A stretch of DNA of 63,296 nucleotides, counting the filler, from Desulfonatronovibrionaceae bacterium (GTDB taxonomy: Bacteria; Desulfobacterota; Desulfovibrionia; Desulfovibrionales; Desulfonatronovibrionaceae): assembly GCA_046539845.1 (NCBI GenBank). It is 3 parts of 3 records of this genome, joined end to end, with 100 filler letters (N's around TTAATTAATTAA, not from the genome) between each part and the next. Parts side by side here need not be neighbours in the genome. Positions count along the whole stretch, not along the records: positions 48,746 to 63,296 come from JBKHGE010000048.1; 2 more parts are not named here. The stretch is one strand, 5' to 3'. A program made the translations under genes and the position numbers. Below, piece by piece: positions 50,364 through 58,620 of the stretch. Position 1 is the first letter of the stretch, and each line of letters opens with the position of its first letter. Below the pieces are notes generated by a model. It was not told the DNA's origin. It saw only the letters and a list, made by a program, of their open reading frames with translations, and ran no database searches.

Positions 50364-52490
50364 TTAAAAACTGATACTAAAGGCTGCTCCTATGGTCCGG
50401 TCCGTGGCCGGATAACCGTCCTGGTTCTCGTATCTTTCATCGAATATATTCGTGGCGAAAAGCTTGAGCTTGGCGTCGCGCATGCCCTTGTATTCCTTAA
50501 AAAGGGTCTGCTCCACGGCTGCATCCACGACATTATAGGCGCTTATCGCGGTCTCGGTAAAATGCCAGTCGTCGCTGCCTGGCGGGTCTTCATGGGCGTT
50601 TTGCACCACCTGATTGTCCTGGTATTTATAGTCCACCAGCAGTCGGGTGTTTTCCAAAACATCGTATTTTACACCCGCGTTGACCCGGTGCTTGGCCCGG
50701 CCGTCCAGCTCTGTTTTTCCGGCATCCTCGTCATCGCCGCGGCTTTCGAAATCCACATAGGCGTAACCAACATAAAAATACAGGGGATCGAACAGGTGCC
50801 CGTTCAGACTGACTTCCACCCCCTTACGCCAGACCTTTTCCAGATTAATCATTTTATCCTTGTACTCCTGCCCGGCCGGGCCGGGGTCCTTTTTTTTGAA
50901 CTTGTAGTTATAGGCGAGAAAATCCTTGATCTCGTAAAAGGAAAAATCGGTCTTGAACTGAATGTCCTTAAGCAGCCTGCGCTGAAAGACCAGATCATAG
51001 CCCATGCCGTGCTCCGGATCCAGCCAGGCTCCGGTCGGATCACCCTGGGGATTTATGTCCCCATGATAATCCGGTGCCCGCCAGATGCGGCTCACCCCGG
51101 CGGAAAGGCTGGTGTCCCGCAGCCAGCTGGTCAGATGATCCATATCCCAGGTCAGAAACGATTTGGGCACCAACTGATCCCAATGCCGCTCTATCCAGTC
51201 CTCCCGGCCAGTTATAAGTGTTTTGCCGGTTGAGGAGGACACATTATTTACCCAGGCCTTTAAGTTTTCGTAGCGCAGCCCGGCCCGCAGGTTTAGATAA
51301 GAGGTGATGTCCCAGTCGTACTGGGCAAAACCGGCCCAGGTCCGAATGCGGAGGTGATCGTCATAGGCAGCCTTCCAGCCGGCGCAATGTCCGTAGCCGT
51401 CATACAGTTCGGCCATTTCCAGTCCGGTGGTCAGCTCATGCCCTGGGGCTATTTCCAGCTCATTGGATAATTTGGACGACCACTGCCGCCATTTTGTCTC
51501 CCAGGAATCATCCGAACCATCCATCTCATAAGCCCGGTCCCGGTTTTCCTCGCTGTACATGGCCGCGAAATTCCACGTTCCCCAGGGGCTGGGCTGAACC
51601 ACATTGGTGTTGAAGGACCGGGCGATCTTGTCCCAGGTTGGGTTCTGGGAATCGTTGAATTCGGAATCCTTTACCGTGGGATAATCGGAGTCGTAGTCGG
51701 ACTTGGTGGGATCATTTTTGACCGCAATCTGGCGGTCCGCGTCCGTAAACGAGGAGGCCAGAGTCACATGTCCGCCATTTTCCTGCACATATCCGGCCCG
51801 GCCGTACAGGGTGAGGATATCCGCCCCATTATGGCGCAGATAGCCGTCGGTATGGTACTTCTGCACACCGGCGTCGTAGATAAACGCCTCCTTGCCGCCA
51901 TGCATGTCCAGCTGATGGTCCTGGGTGTTGTAGGAGCGAAGCGAGGTCTTCAGGTTTATATCCGGCTTGTTGGTTTCATAGCGCTTCGGGGTCCTGGTCT
52001 TCAGGTTGAGCACCCCGCCGATGGACTTGGACGGATAAAGTGCGGAATGCGGCCCGGGCAAAACCTCTATCTCCTCGATCATCCAGGGGGGTAAAAGGCC
52101 GTAATCGACTATGTGGCTGGATTTGCGCCCGCCGCTCTTGCGCAGGGTCAGCCCGTCCATGGCGGTCACGAAGCGCTTGCTATGAAAGCCGCGCATGTAG
52201 ATGGTATCGTCATCCGGAACAAGGTCGCTTGCCCCCCGGAAATCGAATATGGGCAGATCCTTGACCAAGTCAACCACATTCTGGGGCACTCCGGGCTTGT
52301 CATAGTCATCCACCCGAATGACGTCCATGTCCGGAGTCAGGGTCATCTCCTCCCTGTCCCCTTTTTCCATGACCTGCACCGTGCCCAGATCATGAACCTC
52401 TTCGGTTCCATTCTGTGCGGCCCGGGACATTGCCGTCCCGCAGCATACAAATACCAGGACCAGGAAAACAACCCTGAAAAAACGCATCAT
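50364..52490 (-). CDS. TonB-dependent receptor
   Basis: GGAGG RBS before MMRFF and a signal peptide; plug motifs IYMRG and IEEIEVLPGPHSALY..IGGVLNLKT; ATNIFDERY; C-terminal F. Confidence 0.93.
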   Translation of the reverse strand: MMRFFRVVFLVLVFVCCGTAMSRAAQNGTEEVHDLGTVQVMEKGDREEMTLTPDMDVIRVDDYDKPGVPQNVVDLVKDLPIFDFRGASDLVPDDDTIYMRGFHSKRFVTAMDGLTLRKSGGRKSSHIVDYGLLPPWMIEEIEVLPGPHSALYPSKSIGGVLNLKTRTPKRYETNKPDINLKTSLRSYNTQDHQLDMHGGKEAFIYDAGVQKYHTDGYLRHNGADILTLYGRAGYVQENGGHVTLASSFTDADRQIAVKNDPTKSDYDSDYPTVKDSEFNDSQNPTWDKIARSFNTNVVQPSPWGTWNFAAMYSEENRDRAYEMDGSDDSWETKWRQWSSKLSNELEIAPGHELTTGLEMAELYDGYGHCAGWKAAYDDHLRIRTWAGFAQYDWDITSYLNLRAGLRYENLKAWVNNVSSSTGKTLITGREDWIERHWDQLVPKSFLTWDMDHLTSWLRDTSLSAGVSRIWRAPDYHGDINPQGDPTGAWLDPEHGMGYDLVFQRRLLKDIQFKTDFSFYEIKDFLAYNYKFKKKDPGPAGQEYKDKMINLEKVWRKGVEVSLNGHLFDPLYFYVGYAYVDFESRGDDEDAGKTELDGRAKHRVNAGVKYDVLENTRLLVDYKYQDNQVVQNAHEDPPGSDDWHFTETAISAYNVVDAAVEQTLFKEYKGMRDAKLKLFATNIFDERYENQDGYPATDRTIGAAFSISF

Positions 52491-52678
52491 AACCTCCCGA
52501 AATTTTGAGCTACAAATCGCACAGCAGCAGCAAAAACAGCCGCCTCCGTCCTCTGTTTTCTGCATGGGAAGCATTGACCCGCTCTAAACGGGTAGTTATT
52601 AGAAAAGCATGCCTCCCAGTTTGAGGCGGCCGGTGGGGACCGAGTTCGCCGACTGTTTCCCACCGGCCATCCAACTGG

Positions 52679-53755
52679 CTAAGGGGTCATTTTTTTAAGT
52701 ACATCCATATCCGGACGCAGAAAATCCGTCGGGGATTCACCCTTTTTAAGGGCTATTGTTCCCAGGTTATCCACGAATTTTTCCGGGCGGTCTAAATAGT
52801 CTAGAAACCACAAATCCGCGTACAGCTTATCCAATACGTAAAAGCCGAACTTTTTATCCCCGTACATTTTCTTGGCCCGATTAAAATCAAAGCCCAGAAT
52901 ATGTCCGGTCCATTCTTTGCCCTTTTTGGTAAAGACAATGCTGCAGCTTTTGTTTAAAGGCTCGGGCCAGTTTCCAGTCTTTTCCCGGTCCGGATAAAAG
53001 ACCCCGTAGGAGCGCTTGCCCGGAGTGGCGTTGAGGAGCGTGGTCAAGGCGTCTTCCTTGCACCACGGGACCAGGCTCAAGACAAACAAACCGTCCTGGT
53101 CTGGTTCGGTAATTTCATTCTGGACATAGCGGGCCAGAAGAACTCCGGAAGTAACTCCAGGGCAGTAGTGGTCGTGCACGCGAATGGCCTGCAAGACATC
53201 GTCCGGGCAATCTTTTGCCGCTGCGTTGGCCACGGTTACAACCCGAAACAGATTCTTTCTGAAAAGGCCCTCTTTTGCCTGTTTTTTAAATTTTTTCGGG
53301 TTATTAAAAATGTACGCGGAATCGATTCGGGCGGTTTGTTTGAAGCTGAACGCCGGATCCGTGTCCTTTTGCAAAGCAGCCGCCCCGCTTTTCCCCTCCA
53401 TCTGCAAATAGACGCACTCGCCGCTCTCCGGGAGGTAAAAAGCAAACCACAGGGGAGCGTTTGACCTGGACTGCAAGGTTATTAGTGTCGAGCTGCCCAC
53501 GCTGGCAGTACTGGTTGCGGAGATGCCGTCCACGCATCCTTGAGAGGACAGGCCGCCCGGTTCGGCATACCCGGCGTTGCTCAGGGCGATCACCCGGGTC
53601 CCGGAGAGGTCCTCATCCAGCATATCCTGGGCTGTTTTTGCCGCCTTTTCCCCCAGTCTAACCGCGCGGTCGTATTCCGGGGCGGTGCATTGCGCACTTA
53701 TAGGGGCACAAACAATAAACACAGCGCAAAAAAAAGAGAACCACAACTTGTACAT
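52679..53755 (-). CDS. Exported FmdE-family (HxHxC) protein
   Basis: Signal peptide; RVHDHYCPGVTSG, WCKEDA, TPGKR. Confidence 0.8.
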   Translation of the reverse strand: MYKLWFSFFCAVFIVCAPISAQCTAPEYDRAVRLGEKAAKTAQDMLDEDLSGTRVIALSNAGYAEPGGLSSQGCVDGISATSTASVGSSTLITLQSRSNAPLWFAFYLPESGECVYLQMEGKSGAAALQKDTDPAFSFKQTARIDSAYIFNNPKKFKKQAKEGLFRKNLFRVVTVANAAAKDCPDDVLQAIRVHDHYCPGVTSGVLLARYVQNEITEPDQDGLFVLSLVPWCKEDALTTLLNATPGKRSYGVFYPDREKTGNWPEPLNKSCSIVFTKKGKEWTGHILGFDFNRAKKMYGDKKFGFYVLDKLYADLWFLDYLDRPEKFVDNLGTIALKKGESPTDFLRPDMDVLKKMTP

Positions 53756-53774
53756 GGCAACCAACTCCTTTTGT

Positions 53775-54437
53775 TTAAGTTAATTCAAAACTGACTTCCA
53801 CCTGCAGACTCAGGGGATAGTCGAACATGCCGCCCGGAGTGGAGGGGAACGGTGCTGCCCGGTGCACCGCGTCCACCGCGGCCTTATCCAGGGCTTTGTG
53901 ACCGCTGGAAGCGATTATCCGCACCTCTTTTACCTCCCCGCTTTTGTTTATGGTGAATCTTACTTTGGCCCGGCCCTGCCTGCCCTGGGATCTGGCCTTC
54001 TGCGGATATTTCTTAAACGCGCCCACGCGCATCTTCAGGAGTTCCAGATAATCCGCACGGTCCATAAAACCGGCCGCGGCCTGGGATGCACTTGTAGCGG
54101 CTCCCTCGCCTGCTTCCGGAACGGAAGGGACTTCCATCCCGGCAGAAGAATCGGCCGACGGAGCCCTCGAGGCCTTTTGGATTGTTTTTTCCGGGGGCGG
54201 TTCAGGACTAGGGCTTTCCAGGGCCTTAACCGTCTCTTCACGCACCGGTTTTACTTTGTTTTGCCGCGGTCGGGGCCGGGGAATATTACGCGTGCTTTCC
54301 AGGTCGCCTTTGCCCATGTCCACATCAATGACCTCCAGGGTCTGCGGACCGAGGTCCGGAGCCAAGGCCACCGTCAAAACCAGGGCCCCGGAAAATAGAA
54401 ACAAAAGCACCCCCAGAAGGATATTGCCCTTTTGCAC
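53775..54437 (-). CDS. tonB: Energy transducer TonB
   Basis: N-terminal transmembrane segment, Pro-rich linker, YPQKARSQGRQG..VRFTI..SSGHKALDKAA. Confidence 0.9.
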   Translation of the reverse strand: MQKGNILLGVLLFLFSGALVLTVALAPDLGPQTLEVIDVDMGKGDLESTRNIPRPRPRQNKVKPVREETVKALESPSPEPPPEKTIQKASRAPSADSSAGMEVPSVPEAGEGAATSASQAAAGFMDRADYLELLKMRVGAFKKYPQKARSQGRQGRAKVRFTINKSGEVKEVRIIASSGHKALDKAAVDAVHRAAPFPSTPGGMFDYPLSLQVEVSFELT

Positions 54438-54440
54438 TGC

Positions 54441-54851
54441 TCAGTCCTCTGTCTTTTCCGTGGCCAGGCAGAGTTTTTCCGCACCTGCGGCCTTAAGCAC
54501 ATCCATCACATGCACGGCCCGGTTCAAAATCAGGCTGCGGTCGGCCCGGACAATAACTCGTTTGTTCGCCCTCTTTTCCAGGCTTTTTTTCACCTCCGGA
54601 TACAGGTCTTGTTCCCGAATTTGTCTCTCCCCGATCCAAGTCCGGGAATCGGAATCCACATAGACCACGAGTTCCTTGTGTGCCTGGGGGGCCGAGGCCT
54701 TGGCCTGGGGAAGATCGATCTTGATGCCTTCATCAACCATGAAATTGGTGGTCAAAAGGAAATAGATAAGGAGCAAGAAGACAATATCGACCAAAGAGGT
54801 CAGGGGGGCCTGTACCTTGTATCTTTCTCTCTTCTTGAAATGGACAATCAT
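54441..54851 (-). CDS. exbD: Biopolymer transport protein ExbD
   Basis: LTSLVDIVFLLLIYFLLTT, IDLPQA, VRAD, VMDVLKAAG. Confidence 0.93.
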   Translation of the reverse strand: MIVHFKKRERYKVQAPLTSLVDIVFLLLIYFLLTTNFMVDEGIKIDLPQAKASAPQAHKELVVYVDSDSRTWIGERQIREQDLYPEVKKSLEKRANKRVIVRADRSLILNRAVHVMDVLKAAGAEKLCLATEKTED

Positions 54852-54857
54852 AAACGC

Positions 54858-55463
54858 CTACTCCGCGCTCAAGGATTTTAAAAAGGTGACCGCTCCCTTT
54901 TTAAGCCGGACCTCGTAATTATCGATCCGGGCCAGGAGATAACTGTGGGCGAGCATGGTCGGGACAGCCACACTCAGTCCCAGCGCCGTGGTCAGCATGG
55001 CCTCCCAGATACCTCCGGCCAAAACAGCCGCATTGACCTTGCCGCCCATCTCCTGGATGACCATAAAGGCCTTGATCATGCCCACTACCGTGCCCAAAAG
55101 CCCCAGAAGGGGAGCAATATTCCCCATGGTGGCCATGAGCTGACTGTAGGCGGAAAGCCTGCGCACCTCCTCGTCAGTGGCGCTTACCAGAACAGATTCC
55201 AGCATCTCCCGGTCCAGATCCCGGGCGTCAATGGCTTGGCTCAAGACATTGCCCATGGGCGAGCGGCTGCTCGAGGCAAGCTCGCGGGCTTTATTCACCT
55301 CACCTTTCCTGAGAAGTCCGGCCACTTTTCGGGCCAGCCCGCTTCCCCGGCTGCGCAAGAGTGCAAACCGGATCATCCTTTCCGTGAAAATAGCCGCGAC
55401 AAGGACCAGACAGGCCAGGATGGGATAGATCAAGACCCCGCCCCTGGATAAAAACTCAAACAT
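54858..55463 (-). CDS. exbB: MotA/TolQ/ExbB proton channel
   Basis: IAPLLGLLGTVVGMIKAF, LAGGIWEAMLTTALGL. Confidence 0.93.
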   Translation of the reverse strand: MFEFLSRGGVLIYPILACLVLVAAIFTERMIRFALLRSRGSGLARKVAGLLRKGEVNKARELASSSRSPMGNVLSQAIDARDLDREMLESVLVSATDEEVRRLSAYSQLMATMGNIAPLLGLLGTVVGMIKAFMVIQEMGGKVNAAVLAGGIWEAMLTTALGLSVAVPTMLAHSYLLARIDNYEVRLKKGAVTFLKSLSAE

Positions 55464-55465
55464 GT

Positions 55466-57262
55466 TTAATCTCCCTTTTTATTTTTATTTGCGATTTCTT
55501 TGCCCGCAGATCTCTGCCGGCCTTCATCCTCCTCGCTCAGGTCCGGAACGCCGTCTCCGTCCAGGTCCTTTTCCCGGCGCACCAGGGCCTCGGAGGAATC
55601 GTAATACTCCCAGACATCCACTTTACCGTCGCGGTTGCTGTCCTCTTCCACGCGCACTAGCCGACCGTCGCGGTAAAAGAATTTCTCCTCCGGAAAACCA
55701 TTCATATCCCGGTCCCGCTCGGCCAGTACGGCCTTTTTGTCTTTTGCATAGTACCAAGTCAGGCTCAGCGCCCCATTTTCCCTCTCCCGGCTCTTGACCA
55801 GGTTCCCGTCCGGGTCGAATACCTCCACGAATTCCACCTTACCTTGTGGGCCAAAACTCTTCTTCTCGCGTAAAACACCTTTTTGGTAATAAAGCTTAGC
55901 CACGATTTCCCTGTTTGAGGGATCTCTCTGCTCCCGGACCAAATCCCAGTCCCTGCGGCCGTAGTACTGGGTCACCTCGAAATATCCATCTCCGTCCGCG
56001 TCCTGGACAAGTCTTTCTTTTTCCCCGGCGGAGAAAAACACCTTGGCATCCACTCGGGAATCACCATCTTTGTCCCGACTAAGTTTTACAAGTTCTCCCT
56101 GTTCGTATTTCTGCCAAGTATCGATCTTTCCGTCCCCGCTCTGATCCATTTCCAAGGCCAGGCGCCGGCCCTTTTCGTCGAAGTGGACAACTACATCCGG
56201 CTCCCCGTTTCCGTCTGTGTCTCGACGCATGCGGGTCCGGGTACCGTGTGCATATTCGATTTCTGTCTCCATTTGCCCGTCTCCGTTCTCATCCAGGGTC
56301 TGCCGAACAGGATCACTGTCTTCATACCAGGTTATGCTGTCCACCTCCCCGCTGTGATCGGTGTCTTTTTCCTCCCGCTTAGGATTGCCCTCGGAATCCA
56401 GGAAAATGAATTCGTCCATCTTTCCGTCTTTATTGGTATCCTTTTCCCGGCGCACCGGCTGGCCGTCCCGGAAATATGTCACCGACTCCAAAAAGTCGCC
56501 TTTGCCCGCATAACGCTCTAATCTTACCGGCTCTGCGGCCTTAAAAAATGTGGCCTCCTGTACTCGGCCGCTTTCCCGGCTCAAAACTTCCTGGCGCTTG
56601 ATCTTGCCTTCATCGTAATAGCGAACGGTCTCCCGGAACCGGTTATCGTTACGGTCGTGCTCACTTTTGACCGCATTTCCCTGCGGATCGAACTCAAAGA
56701 CCTCCTCGGGAAAACCGTCCTCGTCCCGGTCGTGCAAGCGAAGGGCAGGCCTTCCATCTGCAAATTTTTGTTTAGTCTCCCACCTGCCATTATTATCTTT
56801 GTCTGTTTTGGACTCCACCGGACGGCCGTTTCGGAACGTAAACACCGTATCCAAGATCCCGTCTTCGGTAGTGTCTGTACGCATGCGAACCGGATCCCCG
56901 TTTTTGAATTCGGTTATCTGCTCCAGGCGGTCCGGGTCGGCGAACACCTTTCGGCTGACTATGGTCCCGTTTTCATATTTGTCCCGGCGTTCCCAGAAAT
57001 CGTCCCCATTTTGATCCTCCTCCGCCAGTACGAGCTTCCCGTTTTGGTAATGCTGCCTTCTCTCCATGCGGCCGTCACTGTCCGCATCAACTTTCAGAAG
57101 GACCAGCTCCCCGCGACGGTTGAAGCGGGCCTCTTTATCCACACGGCCGTCGCCATTGGTGTCTTTGCGCACCGTCTCGGCCTGGACCGAAGCACAAAAA
57201 GAAAAACTAAGGAAAAAAAATCCCGTGCACAAAAGAAACAACTGTATCGGCTTCAAAGGCAC
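55466..57262 (-). CDS. Secreted Dx[DN]xDG-repeat protein (possible TTG start at 57256)
   Basis: Signal peptide ending VQA; about 17 recognisable Dx[DN]xDG-like loops with a 22-23 aa period. Confidence 0.82.
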   Translation of the reverse strand: MPLKPIQLFLLCTGFFFLSFSFCASVQAETVRKDTNGDGRVDKEARFNRRGELVLLKVDADSDGRMERRQHYQNGKLVLAEEDQNGDDFWERRDKYENGTIVSRKVFADPDRLEQITEFKNGDPVRMRTDTTEDGILDTVFTFRNGRPVESKTDKDNNGRWETKQKFADGRPALRLHDRDEDGFPEEVFEFDPQGNAVKSEHDRNDNRFRETVRYYDEGKIKRQEVLSRESGRVQEATFFKAAEPVRLERYAGKGDFLESVTYFRDGQPVRREKDTNKDGKMDEFIFLDSEGNPKREEKDTDHSGEVDSITWYEDSDPVRQTLDENGDGQMETEIEYAHGTRTRMRRDTDGNGEPDVVVHFDEKGRRLALEMDQSGDGKIDTWQKYEQGELVKLSRDKDGDSRVDAKVFFSAGEKERLVQDADGDGYFEVTQYYGRRDWDLVREQRDPSNREIVAKLYYQKGVLREKKSFGPQGKVEFVEVFDPDGNLVKSRERENGALSLTWYYAKDKKAVLAERDRDMNGFPEEKFFYRDGRLVRVEEDSNRDGKVDVWEYYDSSEALVRREKDLDGDGVPDLSEEDEGRQRSAGKEIANKNKKGD

Positions 57263-57504
57263 TCCTTTCTCGAAGATTTAGCTTTAGTTTTTTTTCGAGT
57301 CGATAATACTATTTTATAATACTTGCAACTAAAAAATTATATTTTTTTTATCAGTGCCACAAAATAAGTAGATGGGGTATAAAAAAGACGTGCTTGGACT
57401 TCTTGGAGTGACTATACTTGTCTTCCTTCGGGAGAGCGGGTACAAAACAGCTTAAGATATTATATACCTATTTGAATTCACTGCATATCCAAAACGGAGG
57501 GGGC

Positions 57505-58620
57505 ATGGGCAGGGAGAACATCTTTTTTCTGGAACTTCTGGAATGGTTCAACTCCACCGGCCAGGAGATGGTGCAAAGGCTGCCGGAAAAAGGCTCCGGG
57601 GAGATCAAATACGGAGCGCAGCTTATCACCCGGGAGAGCCAGGCCGGGGTGTTTTTTTACAACGGCAAAGCAGTGCATATCTTTGGTCCGGGCCGGCATA
57701 CCCTAAAGACTGCGAACATCCCGATTTTGAACAAAATGTTGGCCATGCCCTGGGGATTTGAAAGCCCGCTTCGGGCCGAGGTCTATTTTGTAAACATGAA
57801 GATATTCCCGGGCCTTAAATGGGGCACCCGGGACCCGGTGGCCTTCAAGGACTCCGAACTAGGACTCATCCGGCTCCGGGCCTTTGGCATGTTTAATGTC
57901 CGGGTTATTCAGCCCCTCCTTTTTATCAACTCCCTCATCGGCACCGTGCCCAGCCTGAGTACGGAGAATATCGAGGAATACTTGAGCCGGGTGGTAGTCT
58001 CCCGCTTAAATGATTTCATGGGCGACAACCTGGACACCATCCTGGACTTGCCCGGACAGTATGAAAAATGGGCGGACGCCCTGCAGAAGGAATTAAGGGA
58101 AGATTTCAGCCATTTCGGCCTAGCCCTGACTGATTTATTCATAAACTCCATCACCCCGCCCCCGGAAGTGCAGGAGGCCATGGACGACAAGAGTAAAATG
58201 GGGCTCTTTTCGGACATGCAAAAATTTATGCACATGAAGGCGGCCATGAGTATGGAAAAGGCGGCGGAAAACCAGGGCACGGCCGGGGAAGGCATGGGCA
58301 TGGGCATGGGTTTTATGATGCCGGCCATGATGGACCGTTTCATGCAGCCCTCCCCTCCCGGCCAGCCCGGACCCCAGGCCTGTCCGGATTGTGGACATGA
58401 AGTCCCCGGTGATGCCGGATTCTGCCCTTATTGCGGGCATCAAATAGTGGTGATCGATCAATGCCGCAGCTGCGGCAAGAACTTGGCCGCGAACTCCCAT
58501 TTCTGCCCCAGATGCGGTTTTGCCGTGCACAAAGGCAGAGGGAAAAAATTCTGCCCTTCGTGCGGACAAGAGAATCTGCCAGCAGCCAAATTCTGCAACG
58601 CCTGCGGGGAAAAGATCTAG
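57505..58620 (+). CDS. SPFH/Band-7 (YdjI-like) protein with C-terminal zinc ribbons
   Basis: GAQLITRESQ, FGPGRHTL, AEVYFVN, KWGTRDPV, LRAFG, GMGMGMG, then three CxxC...CxxC ribbons. Confidence 0.88.
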   Translation: MGRENIFFLELLEWFNSTGQEMVQRLPEKGSGEIKYGAQLITRESQAGVFFYNGKAVHIFGPGRHTLKTANIPILNKMLAMPWGFESPLRAEVYFVNMKIFPGLKWGTRDPVAFKDSELGLIRLRAFGMFNVRVIQPLLFINSLIGTVPSLSTENIEEYLSRVVVSRLNDFMGDNLDTILDLPGQYEKWADALQKELREDFSHFGLALTDLFINSITPPPEVQEAMDDKSKMGLFSDMQKFMHMKAAMSMEKAAENQGTAGEGMGMGMGFMMPAMMDRFMQPSPPGQPGPQACPDCGHEVPGDAGFCPYCGHQIVVIDQCRSCGKNLAANSHFCPRCGFAVHKGRGKKFCPSCGQENLPAAKFCNACGEKI

